DNA from: Flectonema sp. DT1601
Taxonomy: Eukaryota
Reading direction: 5' to 3'
DNA: 64,000 nt
Assembly: GCA_964019425.1 (NCBI GenBank)
Contig: OZ025788.1
Span: forward strand, 682,001-746,000
The position numbers and the translations under genes were made by a program. Below the pieces are notes generated by a model. That model searched no databases, was not told the origin of the DNA, and worked only from the letters and a program-made list of their open reading frames with translations. Below are positions 1 to 10,928 of this stretch, in pieces; the first letter of the stretch is position 1, and every line of letters begins with the position of its first letter.

Positions 1-147
1 GATAAAAAATACGATTTTTTTCACGCTACTGAGGTGCCTTCAATCGAAGAGAAACTAAGAACAACATCCTCTTCAGAAGTGGAACCTCCGAAAAGTAAAC
101 GGACTCGCAGTTGTGAAGTCTTTTTGGAACACATCACCAAAATCTAA
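1..147 (+). other. Possible 3' end of a plus-strand CDS entering the window (DKKYDFFHATEVPSIEEKLRTTSSSEVEPPKSKRTRSCEVFLEHITKI*)
   Basis: Frame 1 is open from base 1 to TAA at 145-147 and has a basic NLS-like stretch. No recognisable domain; could be a chance ORF. Confidence 0.2.
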
Positions 148-474
148 CATTCTTGTCATGCTAACACACAACGGAGCAGAGCGAAGATGTGCAATAATAG
201 TGTTACAAAATCCACAACAGAATGCAAGCAAATGGAGGAAAATCTTGATTTTACAAAACGCTCTTACCTGGAGAGTCGGACTACATTAGTAGAAGCATCA
301 CTTTGTACGTAACACTATCCCAGTTCAGTCGCTTTTGATCGACGGAGTAGAAAAATAAAACACGGAACACATTGGAATATATGAAACCGAAAACACATAA
401 AAGAGATGATTTAATTCTGGCAATACATCGATGAAATCAGAAGACTTCGTGCGGTTGTATTATAAACTGCCTAC

Positions 475-869
475 TCAGTTGAGGGTCTCCAAGAAGGTGA
501 TAAGGTCCGCTCTGTCCTTTTCCTTCTTCAAACCAGCGAAAGCCATCTTGTTTCCCGGCATGAACTTCTTTGGGTTAGTGATGTACTCGTCAAGAACCTC
601 CTGGGTCCATGTCACAGCAGCATCCTGGTTAGCCTTCGAGTATCCGAATCCAGGAACGGTTCCAGAAGTACGTCCGACAATTCCGAACAAGTTTGGTCCT
701 ACTCCGTTTGCTCCTCCCTGTTGTATTTTTATAAGATGAACTTCACAATTTACAACATTAGATTCCTACTACAAACTGAACTACATACCTCGGCAAAGGT
801 GTGGCACTGTCCGGCACGGGTCTCAGCGAGCTTCTTTCCTTTCTTGAGGTCTCCTCCCTTGAATGGCAT
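475..869 (-). CDS. CYC: Mitochondrial cytochrome c, euglenozoan single-cysteine type (exons 869-789 and 717-475; 107 aa)
   Basis: Spliced product [43 protein letters not shown]...[18 protein letters not shown]. It has the AxxCH motif, GPNL and the axial Met. A 71-nt GTATGT...CAG intron (718-788) joins the exons in frame. Confidence 0.97.
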
Positions 870-1175
870 TGTTAGTGAAGTGATAGCTGGCAAAAAGAAT
901 AAAACAAATTTCTCAGGTAGCTTTCGACATCAAATTTTCAAGTGCAGAATTTAACAAAAAGTTTATTCATTCTTTCGACAATTGCTAGGGCAAGAATGAA
1001 GCAAAAGACTAACTAACTTCCGACAAACCAATTCCAAGTTCAGGGCGTTTCGTCTCGAATACACAGACAGACTTGCAATCAAGAACACCACACAGCGAAC
1101 ATAAATAAGGTAAGTTTTCCGAATATTTGAAACAACTTATAAGACATCAGTATCCTATCGTCTCTATGAATGTTT

Positions 1176-1507
1176 TTAAGATGCCTTACCTGAGGTTGGA
1201 GGCTTAAACGTAAGCAGATCTTCATCGTCCAAATCATCATCAAACTCTGTTGTGTTTTGTGTTGATATTTCTAACCGACGGGACAAAAGGCGGGACAGAA
1301 GCAGCAATACAACATACCGTTGAAGAATCCTGCGTCAGATAAATTTGCTTTCTCATATTCCTTTCCCTCAGTATGAAGGGCGAGAAAGTCATTATCGAGA
1401 TCCATCTCATCCCACACATTCATCATCGAATCTTGAGTCTGAATTTCTTCTCCAACTTCTGCACCAGTAGCTGTAGAAGGCCTACTGCCTCCGAGAATGC
1501 CGCTCAT
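1176..1507 (-). CDS. COPS9: COP9 signalosome subunit 9 / CSNAP (MYEOV2)-like small acidic protein (exons 1507-1318 and 1246-1176)
   Basis: Splicing the GTATGT...CAG intron 1247-1317 gives EKANLSDAGFFN-EFDDDLDDEDL, which resembles the CSNAP C-terminal F/D-rich motif. The 3' end is uncertain because another GTAAG donor lies at 1189. Confidence 0.65.
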
Positions 1508-1662
1508 TTTGCGTTGTGTCTGAGCAAAAAGGTAATTTGTAATACTTTACAGATCTTCATCTGTCGTACATTTCTAAAACTCTAGTTGAGAAAAAATTCC
1601 CATTGCAGCTTTCGTTACGAGTTAATTACAAATAGATAGTCCACGTGTGAGTTGGTGATACG

Positions 1663-2217
1663 TCAGTAGAGAGAATACTTAAGTGTGTGTCGTGCGATAA
1701 TAATAACAATATAAAACAACAATCCACTATTGATGACAGCAACATACAGACCCCACAACCACTTGAGAGTGAGATTATTAAAAACACACCAAGTAGTAGG
1801 AGTAGCAAAGATAACAATTAACCAGTAGAACGAAGCCACGAACGACACAAAAGATGAGACCGATAGCGTGAGTGATGGTCGAGGTATGGAAGCTGGAAGG
1901 AAAAATTCAATGAGCGACAAGACAAAAGTAAAGAAATTAAATGAAAGTGAGATCACAACCATCGATTGAACTGCTTCAAACGAACTGCTACTGGCAACGC
2001 AAGAATCTTTTCCCAGCATCCCACTCCACGAATATTCATTCGAGGTGCACTCATACTCGAACAGTCCTCCAGTACATACGATACCAACTGCAGTGGCTTC
2101 CATGACCTTCTGACTTGAGCTTATTGCAACACTCAATACAAATACAAATATTGAAATCCCTCCGCACCAAATTAGAATCGGAGTCCCAACAACTGATCTC
2201 TTACGCAATCGAGTCAT
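1663..2217 (-). CDS. Four-TM claudin/amastin-like membrane protein
   Basis: 184-aa ORF with four hydrophobic segments. The first loop carries C..GLF...C...C....F..vQ, resembling the amastin/claudin superfamily. Confidence 0.6.
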   Translation of the reverse strand: MTRLRKRSVVGTPILIWCGGISIFVFVLSVAISSSQKVMEATAVGIVCTGGLFEYECTSNEYSWSGMLGKDSCVASSSSFEAVQSMVVISLSFNFFTFVLSLIEFFLPASIPRPSLTLSVSSFVSFVASFYWLIVIFATPTTWCVFNNLTLKWLWGLYVAVINSGLLFYIVIIIARHTLKYSLY

Positions 2218-2570
2218 AATGGTCTTGTCGTGAGAAGTGGAAGTAAAAATAAATTAAAAAATCCAACAGATAGTCGAAACCTGGCAATGGATAACATCTT
2301 CTCAATAATTCACTACATATCAAGGGAACCTACTTGAGGAAAGTTAATATTTCATTGAGAAGCTCAGAGTGTAACCGAAGAGCACAAGTTAAGATTTAAT
2401 TCGTGCTGCATTCGAAGCTTAAGGAAATCAGCGGGTACGACACCGTTGGAGCCCAACAAGATGAGATAAGGGACTACAGTAAGAGGTCGATGCGATTAAT
2501 TACACAAGCTGTTCCCCAATAAATTAGAAGCCAACTTCCAGATACAAATGACTCTGATCAATGAAGTCCA

Positions 2571-3709
2571 TTAGTCGGTGTCTTCAGATTCGCTGTCGGA
2601 GTGCGAGTATTCTACGAAATGCTGTTTTGTTTTTCTTTTTTCCTATTCCCTTAAACTCTACTAAAACTGATAGCTTTCCATCCACACGCGCCGACTCATA
2701 CCTGTGGTGCTGTTCTAAAGCAACTTGATCCGTATTCGCATCGCTTTCGACCTTTCGCCGTTGGTGTTGGTGGAGGTAGATCTGTCTTTGGCTTTTTTAT
2801 TGCAGGAGAGTCTGTTGTCGGAGGAGATTTGTTCTTTTCCCTTGTGGGGTGGTTCCAATCGCGGAGATGTTCCGGATTTGTTCGATAGCAGTTGGCGCCG
2901 TACTTGCAGTCGCCTTTCTTTGAAGCAGCAGCATCATTGTCATCATCTTCGTCCGAATCTGCAGCCGGAGGAGGAGGTGGTGGAGGAGATGGCGGTGGTG
3001 GTAAAGCATCAGAATCGCTATCACTATCTGCAGCAGCTGAGCCTTTGTTTTCGTATTTCTTCAATGCTGTTTCGTATCTCTTCTTATCTTCTCTCGCTAA
3101 GTCTCGGTAAGGCTTTCCCTTTTCATCTTCCAGCTCATCCCACAGTTTTGCCACCATTTTCCTGACGTCTTTAACGGGAACCCCCGGATTGTCTGATTTT
3201 GCTTCTGGCAGTTTCTCTTTTTGGAAGTACATGAATGCTGAAACCGGGCGTTTTGGAGCGTTTGGATCTTTTTTCTTCTTCTTTGGAGATGGTTTAGGAG
3301 CTGCAAAAGGCGGGTCAGTATCTTCATCGCTACTGACACCAAATTCGTCAGCTCTGCTATTTTTAATATTTTGTTTCTTTGTTGGTGATTTCGAGCCAGT
3401 AATTCGTCCCACAGCTCCCTTCAACTCAGCTTTGTCGATGAGCTGCCCTTTTATCAACTTCAACATCAGTTTTTGATCGCCTTCATCCAAATCATCAAAT
3501 CCTTCCAGTTGATCGACGGTGGATACAGCACTCAGTTGCCTTTTCGTAAAACAACAAAGATGCCTCCACTTGTAACTGAAATCTTCTGCGCCAGGCATCA
3601 TGTTCCCAGTCCCAATACGAAGCTCTCCTTGCTCCAGAACCTCCTGACAGGCTTTCAATGCGCACTTACTGCGACCACTCTTCGCATATTCAACTTTTAG
3701 CGGAGGCAT
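2571..3709 (-). CDS. PARP-type zinc finger + HMG box + two PBZ (poly-ADP-ribose-binding) zinc fingers (exons 3709-2702 and 2621-2571)
   Basis: VEYAKSGRSKC...C...WRHLCC (zf-PARP), KDPNAPKRPVSAFMYF...W (HMG box), CKYGANCYRTNPEHLRDWNH and CEYGSSCFRTAPQ|HFVEYSH (PBZ). The second PBZ is completed only by splicing intron 2622-2701. Confidence 0.9.
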
Positions 3710-3902
3710 TGTCCGACCTATTTCAAAAGAATACGACTTTAGAGTTATCTCCAAAAAAAGGATCAAGTGAGAAGTCTATACTTATATTAATTTTTTGTTC
3801 TTTATGTTTATATAAATCAGTGAGGGTTACGGCAAAAGAAATGTCAGCATTCTATTCAACTCTCTTCGATATTAAGCAGCAACTAAAGTAGTATTCTACA
3901 TA

Positions 3903-5432
3903 TTAATTGGAATCTAACTGTTCTGTTGCCCACCTCTCGGCTTCCAACCAGTCTTTATCGAGGTTAATATAACACCCATATTTGCAATGCTCTTTATGTT
4001 GAAGATTAGAACTCGCTTGTTTTATAAAATTCATTTGAATTGGAGGAGGGACAAACACCGAGCACCGCTTCCAAGAATACAAAGGATCTCCCGCAAAGAT
4101 TTCAGATGAGTTTGACGGGCAGCGAGTCATGTTATCAGAAGCAATCCAACTGATGTGATGAGCTCCTGAGTATCGAACTAACATTCCATATCCCTCCATA
4201 CCGTCAGTTGACATAATGAGCTTCCCTTTAGTTTTAACTTTTGGTAAGCCGACACTATTAACGCTGATGACTGGTGATTTGGCAGACCCAACAACTTTAC
4301 GAGAACCATGAGGAGCAACTTCTATCCAAACCGTACCATTTTGGCAGACCAGAGACCACGCCATAGCACTGCCGTGAACGGACTCAACAACGTCCGCCAT
4401 AATGATCGCTTTGTACTGTTCAAGAGTTGTCATCCTTTCCATTTCAACAACAGTAATATCCCAATCTTCTTGTGGTGTTGCAGATATCATCGATTTGATG
4501 TTTAAAAACTTTCTTGTGGAACCTCTCTGAATAATCAGAAGACGTTTCTTACGTTCGTGCGGTGAGTTAAGAGCACTTAACTGAAGCGGGAAGACTCTCA
4601 TCGCGTTACGAAATACAAAACGACGAATGTCTTCGATGAATGTTGTCAGAGCTTTTCCGGGATTTAATACTCGACAGCCTCTTGCAGAGCAGCGAAGCTT
4701 TCGAAACCATTTTCCGTACGGAACATCATAACGCCCACCCAAAACACTAAAAGACGTTGCCACAGTGTAGCCTTTCTTATAACAAGTTGGCATTGTCGTT
4801 TTAGCAGGTCGCTTTCCTTCAAATATTGAAAACAGTGCATCCCTCCTGTCTATATTGTTTAGTGACATACAACCACCTTCTTGTTTTACAATTGATCGCA
4901 TCTTATGAAGGGTAGAGTTACCCAAATACTGAAGCGCAGAAAAACTCTCCTCTGTCGGACAACGGTTGAATACTAACACTGCCTTGTCTGTCGGAACTAA
5001 CTTGTCGTCACCAACAACAGATAAGTAACTGTGCACTGCTGCTATGTAGGGCCACATGAAATGGTAAAGAGGATACTCAGAAAGTAGTGACTGTGGTTCA
5101 GCCGGATAGAAGTTGACGGGAATGTCTCCCGACTTCCAATTTATCTTCTCTGGTGGTGTTTGATAATGTTGCACTGGTCTCATTTCTCGTTTATTCTCTG
5201 TCCTGCTCACAAGGTATGGTGGGTTTGTACCGATCCAAATCCATTCCCCTTCTCCATTAACACAAAATGGGGTGATCTCCATAATTCTAACCTTCTGCCC
5301 CGGAAGTCGTTTATTCATTACTTCGCGCCATTCGCAGAAATTTGAATCTATTATATGCGAGACAGTTATCCAATGCATTAATGTCATCGACACAGACATC
5401 AAGAAGAGAATTAACATCCATCTTTTCCTCAT
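3903..5432 (-). CDS. Glycosyltransferase family 61-like type II membrane protein
   Basis: N-terminal TM anchor, YHF motif, IIQR...RKFLN and MTTLEQ...ADVVESVHGSAMAW...WIEV typical of GT61/DUF563. Confidence 0.8.
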   Translation of the reverse strand: MRKRWMLILFLMSVSMTLMHWITVSHIIDSNFCEWREVMNKRLPGQKVRIMEITPFCVNGEGEWIWIGTNPPYLVSRTENKREMRPVQHYQTPPEKINWKSGDIPVNFYPAEPQSLLSEYPLYHFMWPYIAAVHSYLSVVGDDKLVPTDKAVLVFNRCPTEESFSALQYLGNSTLHKMRSIVKQEGGCMSLNNIDRRDALFSIFEGKRPAKTTMPTCYKKGYTVATSFSVLGGRYDVPYGKWFRKLRCSARGCRVLNPGKALTTFIEDIRRFVFRNAMRVFPLQLSALNSPHERKKRLLIIQRGSTRKFLNIKSMISATPQEDWDITVVEMERMTTLEQYKAIIMADVVESVHGSAMAWSLVCQNGTVWIEVAPHGSRKVVGSAKSPVISVNSVGLPKVKTKGKLIMSTDGMEGYGMLVRYSGAHHISWIASDNMTRCPSNSSEIFAGDPLYSWKRCSVFVPPPIQMNFIKQASSNLQHKEHCKYGCYINLDKDWLEAERWATEQLDSN

Positions 5433-5780
5433 TCCGCTGACTAGAAATTTATCAACTTAAGAGACAAAGCTTCATTAGTTAGGTTAGGTTTCCCTCTATT
5501 TTTGAGCAAATAAATTAGTAAGAGAAGGATTGCTTGTGTAAATATTAGCGATCGAGTAGATCATTATCACAACTGTCTCATAATTGAATTGCTGGCAGGC
5601 TGTTTAATAAATTGAAATTAATTTAATTCTCATTAAAAGAATATTCCACCTACTCTGATCCAACGTGTTAATACAAAGTAACCAGATGAGTAGTTTAAGA
5701 CCTGTATATATCAGATTCTAGAAAGCTACGAAATTATCACAAGAACTAACGGAGGCAATTCGAATTTCGTTATCAGCAAA

Positions 5781-5939
5781 CTATTTCCTTGACACTAAAC
5801 TGGAGATCTCAAAGCTCAAAGTTCGCTTGAATTCCGTTCCTCCAGGTAAGTGAAAGCTATATTCTATCAAGTCACCAGGTAATATGTCACAATTATCTGC
5901 GACGATGAAAGGACTTGTTTCAAATGGGCAGGTAAACAA
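5781..5939 (-). other. Possible terminal exon of an unresolved small spliced gene
   Basis: A TTTCTGTGCAG acceptor is followed by 52 open codons (LFTCPFETSPFIVADNCDILPGDLIEYSFHLPGG...). A possible GTAAGT donor lies near 6190. No start or homology could be resolved. Confidence 0.25.
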
Positions 5940-6655
5940 CTGCACAGAAAAAAGAAAACATAATTAAAAAATAAAAAAACATTAGATAGTTAATTAATAA
6001 AATTAAAGACAAACATTCATTAGTCTGTCAAACAGTTATTTCGAGCTTCCGAGCAGAAGGAACAGAAAAGAGTTGCTCAGAACATCAGACTGCGTTATCC
6101 AAACCACGTTGAGGAACAGGAGAAACTATTTGGTAGAAGAAATGTGTAAAATTGTTCCTTAAAATTAAGTGGTAAACGTAACGATGACTTACTCATCGCA
6201 GAAATGATAACCAACCTCAGCTAATGAGCGATTCCTGTCGGGTTAATTTGAAGAAGACGAGCGGCAAAACCAAACAAAATAAAAACATAAAATAAGAACG
6301 CAACGTTAATTACAAAGAAGGAACAGTGAGAAGACTGCTCCCCTTCCTAAGTGTTGGCTGATAGGAGTAGCCAAGGAGTGATTTGTATCAAAAGTCTTAT
6401 CAGAAATAAGATCAGATTTAATGAATCATTTCAATCGTACCCAGTCTAGCAACACTACTTCACTCACAAACTGATTAGATGTTCCTTAACGTGAACCGAT
6501 CATGGTAAAAAGGAGGTTCACGTTCTACAACTTGTAAAATGTAAAACAAAAAAAGTAAGTAGGTGATAACCATAAAAAAGAAAATTTTACGCAATCGGAG
6601 AGGAAACCGACAAAAGGGATCATTCACAATAACTGCTTTCCCAAATAAGAAAGCA

Positions 6656-8446
6656 CTAAGCAGGGCACATCGGATTGGACTCTCCCCGCTGACGAACCTC
6701 AATAACATCCGGCAACTGCGGTGACTTCTGTGCGAGTCTTATTGGAGAGGTGAGTGGCTTCTCCATTAACCCAAGATCAGTAGTATCAGCTGTGACATCA
6801 AGTTCAACATTCTCTTTACTGTGAGTGCTGAAGACGCTGACTATTATCGAACTACACAGTATTAGGCATCCTCCTAAGAGTGTGTAAGATTTTGGAATCC
6901 CTTCTCCCAACAACAACATAGCGAACAGAGTAGCAGTCACTGGTTCTGTAGTCATACAAACAGAAACAACAACGGGATTTAAATATCTCAGAGCTCCAAT
7001 ATAACCGGCCTGACCTATGCCAGTTATGATGTTGATGACCATCCAAAGTCCGAAGTGTTCCCAAGTACACCATCCGAATATTCCAGTTATCGGATTGTTA
7101 TCAAATGTTAATCCTCCAGGTGTGAGGATATGTGCAACAATACTCTGAGATAAGGCTGAAAAGAATGTTACGAATGTCAAGTTCAACATCAGAGGCAAGT
7201 GACTCCGCGCCTTCTTAGAAGCTAAGAGGTAGAAACAGAGTGAAACTGATGATATAAAAGCGAGGAGATCTCCCAGAGCAACGTTATCACCACCTCCTCC
7301 GTCGAGAACAGACATAGCAGCCCCTCCCAGTCCCAGCAGCACCCCAAATTGTTCCTGTCGCATTACATGTCTATTACACATCATTCTCCATGCAATTATT
7401 AACGTCGGGTGAAATGAGTTAAATAAATAGGATTGCGGAACAGATGTGTGTATAAACGAAAGCGTCCACGCACCGGAACCCAGTCCGCTAATAACACCCG
7501 CCATCGTTAGAAGTAGAAACCCAGATGATGACTTCAGGTAAGCAATTTCTCGGGGACCCAATTCTCCTTGTGCTAAAGTAGAAAGTCCAAATAGCATGAA
7601 TAGCCCTTGAGCATTCCATGACCCAACTATGAAACCTGAGACTTGCTCGCGGCTCATCATTTTAATTAGCGGCCCTACAGCTGCCATACAGGTCACGCCA
7701 GTTAGTAGAATCAGCCAACCGATTAGAGGCCGAGCAAATTCCAAAACGAGATATAGTCGTGGCTGATGAGCTTCGTCTTCTCGAATACGAACTTCAATCG
7801 ATTTGATCTCATCCGGCATCACCATCGGTGCGAGTCTAGCTGATACAAGTGGAGTAGATTCCTCTATGACTGCCATCATTGTTCTCCCCTCCTCGAGGGG
7901 CATTAAATAAGCAGTAATTGGATGTGGTTGTGATACACTGAAATGTGGAGTAGCTGTCTTGAACTGATGTGTCCATCTTTTTAACAAAGGTGTTTCTTCT
8001 TCTGCTTCCCTCGAACTGAACCTCCCCGACCCCCTCCTCATCCCAACAACTTCTTCTCTGGTTCTTTCGATTACAATTCCATGACATTCAACTTGTGATT
8101 CTTTGTGGTGTTTGATTTCTGGTAACCACCAACGGGTGAGTTTTCTTGCTGGTTGGTGCTGAGGTGTCAACGGCCCCCAAGTGCTGGTATGGAAAGGAGA
8201 TCGCGTTGGTCTTATTTGTTCGGTGCTGGGATGTGCTAATGTTGGAGCGTGATATTCATAACCTTCAGAAGTATCTGATGTTGGTTCGACAACAGCGCTG
8301 AGGGCTTCGAGATCTAGCGGTACGCTGGTTCCACCAACTGGCTCATGTAACTTTCTAGCTAAGGCCCTCGCGTCTACGTGCAACCGCTCAGAGACTGTCT
8401 CCAAGTCTACTGCAGTTATGTGCGGAGTTCCAGTTTGCGACTGCAT
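6656..8446 (-). CDS. EamA/DMT-superfamily transporter with long soluble N-terminal extension
   Basis: About 10 TM helices in the C-terminal 60%, with GDLLAF and EPVTATLFAMLLLGE motifs typical of EamA repeats. Confidence 0.85.
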   Translation of the reverse strand: MQSQTGTPHITAVDLETVSERLHVDARALARKLHEPVGGTSVPLDLEALSAVVEPTSDTSEGYEYHAPTLAHPSTEQIRPTRSPFHTSTWGPLTPQHQPARKLTRWWLPEIKHHKESQVECHGIVIERTREEVVGMRRGSGRFSSREAEEETPLLKRWTHQFKTATPHFSVSQPHPITAYLMPLEEGRTMMAVIEESTPLVSARLAPMVMPDEIKSIEVRIREDEAHQPRLYLVLEFARPLIGWLILLTGVTCMAAVGPLIKMMSREQVSGFIVGSWNAQGLFMLFGLSTLAQGELGPREIAYLKSSSGFLLLTMAGVISGLGSGAWTLSFIHTSVPQSYLFNSFHPTLIIAWRMMCNRHVMRQEQFGVLLGLGGAAMSVLDGGGGDNVALGDLLAFISSVSLCFYLLASKKARSHLPLMLNLTFVTFFSALSQSIVAHILTPGGLTFDNNPITGIFGWCTWEHFGLWMVINIITGIGQAGYIGALRYLNPVVVSVCMTTEPVTATLFAMLLLGEGIPKSYTLLGGCLILCSSIIVSVFSTHSKENVELDVTADTTDLGLMEKPLTSPIRLAQKSPQLPDVIEVRQRGESNPMCPA

Positions 8447-8768
8447 TTCAAAGACTCACAGCTTGTGAAAGTATGTAACTGAAGAGGGGAAATGAAATTA
8501 AATCTTAACCTTCTGAACTTCCTAAAGTTGATTTAGTGTAAATGCTCTTCAGAATAAATAGAACTCGTTGTCAAACGAATGAATAAAAAGATAAACATCT
8601 TTTTCTCATCACTTTTTAATTGGATAATATTTTTCTTTTTATTTACTCAACACAAAAACGTCACGCATAACTTGTGATTAAAGTCGAAAGTATTAAACTA
8701 AACTGGGCAGGGGTTTTAGAGAACTTTTTGAGCATAGCTTGTGAACAACACGAGCAAATATAATTATT

Positions 8769-10928
8769 TCATCCTTTAGACTTATTGACTTCACTCCTAT
8801 CCGCATGGTAATGCATCATTCCCAACGTTACTGTGTGAGTAAAACCATTCGGCAGAACTCGACATTTCTCAGCAAGTCTTTCAATTAGTAATTGCAGTTC
8901 AGTGTTATTCATATGTTTTAATTCCTCGGGAAGACAAAAAGGCTGCTTTTCTAATATGCATTGTTTCCAAAGTAAGTTATAGGGTTGCAACATCCTATCA
9001 TCATTATTCGCAAGGAAATACATCCATTCTTCATTTTGTTGCTCACAAACTGACATCGGGACATACAAGACTCCTATACTTCTATGAGGAGGCACACATA
9101 CGATACAAGTAGTTTGGTAGTAAACTAGGTCTATGGGAGCACAAACAACTCGTCCTTCAGCAAAAACCTTTGCTCTCTCACAAATAATCCCACGACCAAT
9201 AGTGAGGCTTGCTGCGTACCTCGCTAGCAAGTGAGCTTCTTCAACAGCACGCCCACAAATAACAAACGACATCATAGCCGAAGAACCTAAAATACCGCAA
9301 GACAGTCTCCCTACCGATACCCCAGCTCTGTAAGCCAAACTGGCACTAGTTACTTCCTGCAACAACGAGACTGATGACAGTGCATGAGAAGCAACTGGTT
9401 TCGAGCAGTTGAATTCCACTGTTATTAAACCCCCAGTGACTGAGTAGATTTTTCCATTTCGGTGCTGCTTCAGGGAGTCCAGGACTACTTGCATGAATTT
9501 AAAATGTTCATTTTCGAGATTTTCGTCGCGCATAAACATGTGATCAACAGCTTCAATAACAACGATACTCCCATCCTTAGCGAACAGTCCGCAAGAAAAG
9601 GCAAGAGTTGACGTGCGACTTCGATTCTCGCTGTTGGACTCTATGCTTTTGAAAGCGGACATCGTTGCAGCTTGCTCAGAGGAATTATCTTGATTCTTTC
9701 GTTCGCTATTAGTCTTCGTTTCTTCACTTTCTTGAGTGTCACAAGCAGTAATTGACTGCGGTAAGAAACTTCGATAGACCACAAGTGCATCGAGCATTTG
9801 CTGCATACGATAAACAAACTCTGATGGCGAGTCGTTAGGGAGACGCTGATCGACACTTTGGATGTTCATTTCCATAATCTCCTCAAAGATCTCTATTAAG
9901 ACTGAGTAAAGTCGATTTCTAGCAATGTATGGACCCCAATACACAGAAGACACGATTATTGCTCCTATCATCGAAATTGCGACACAAATTATAAGTTTGA
10001 AATCCCTGTTGTTATCAGAAGACGATTTACGTAACCAAAGATTCCACTGTCTCCCTCCAGGAAGGTCAATTGGTACGATTTCAAATTTTTGTGACTGCAA
10101 CGCATTCCTGAGAGATATCCCTCCAGTATTCGCTAAAGTTACGTTGAGAGCATTCGTTTGTGAATGAACAACAACAACAGACTTTGTATTTAGATTAAAG
10201 TATTCCAAACAATAATCAATTTCTCCTTCCTTCAGTACTTCTGTAATTTTAATCTGTTCGTGGATCAGAACTTCGACCAATACGAGAGAAGCAGTCATAC
10301 CCCACCAATATTGAAGACTCTCTTCTAACGACATATTAACAAATTGTGAGATTGGGATCTCAGGTGGAACTTTAAAGACAGGATATCGTGAAAGAAGACC
10401 AATACCTCCTTGAACTAAAGGAAAGGGACCAGCAACCATAAGAGAACGAGCTGTGATCCCAGCAATGATATCTTGTCTGCGATCCACGTCATTATACAAG
10501 TCATGACCCCAAGGAGGTACACCAGGTGTCAGAGGAGGGTACGCCTGAGTAACAACTGCTGAGGGCTGGATCTGAAGTGATCCGACTGACGGAAATCTTT
10601 CTGTCAACAACGTCCCTAACTTATATAATTTATCACCGTCAACTGGAATCATTCTGTCTTCTTTACGAGCTGCTGTATGATTAATAACTGGCGTGTCTTC
10701 TCCAATTACAAACCCCGCCAGAGTCCAAGCAGTATTTAACGAGCCGCTCATCGCAGTGGCTAATTCTTTTGAAACTAACTGACCTGTTGTTAGTATGTGT
10801 TCCTTTTCACTCTGAACAGAATTATCGATACCCTGGTCAATCAGAATAATACCAACAAAGATTCCCAGCGCAATTAAGCACAATGGCAATATGACCCCAC
10901 ATAATAAATTACGAAATACGACAGCCAT
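8769..10928 (-). CDS. TM-CHASE-TM receptor with degenerate class III nucleotidyl cyclase-like domain
   Basis: CHASE motifs (LQIQP...GHDL...AGPFPLVQGG.GL..RYPVF...WWG), YRSFLP linker and cyclase-like AGVSVGRLSCGILG. The canonical metal-binding Asp and N..aR motifs are absent. Confidence 0.8.
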   Translation of the reverse strand: MAVVFRNLLCGVILPLCLIALGIFVGIILIDQGIDNSVQSEKEHILTTGQLVSKELATAMSGSLNTAWTLAGFVIGEDTPVINHTAARKEDRMIPVDGDKLYKLGTLLTERFPSVGSLQIQPSAVVTQAYPPLTPGVPPWGHDLYNDVDRRQDIIAGITARSLMVAGPFPLVQGGIGLLSRYPVFKVPPEIPISQFVNMSLEESLQYWWGMTASLVLVEVLIHEQIKITEVLKEGEIDYCLEYFNLNTKSVVVVHSQTNALNVTLANTGGISLRNALQSQKFEIVPIDLPGGRQWNLWLRKSSSDNNRDFKLIICVAISMIGAIIVSSVYWGPYIARNRLYSVLIEIFEEIMEMNIQSVDQRLPNDSPSEFVYRMQQMLDALVVYRSFLPQSITACDTQESEETKTNSERKNQDNSSEQAATMSAFKSIESNSENRSRTSTLAFSCGLFAKDGSIVVIEAVDHMFMRDENLENEHFKFMQVVLDSLKQHRNGKIYSVTGGLITVEFNCSKPVASHALSSVSLLQEVTSASLAYRAGVSVGRLSCGILGSSAMMSFVICGRAVEEAHLLARYAASLTIGRGIICERAKVFAEGRVVCAPIDLVYYQTTCIVCVPPHRSIGVLYVPMSVCEQQNEEWMYFLANNDDRMLQPYNLLWKQCILEKQPFCLPEELKHMNNTELQLLIERLAEKCRVLPNGFTHTVTLGMMHYHADRSEVNKSKG

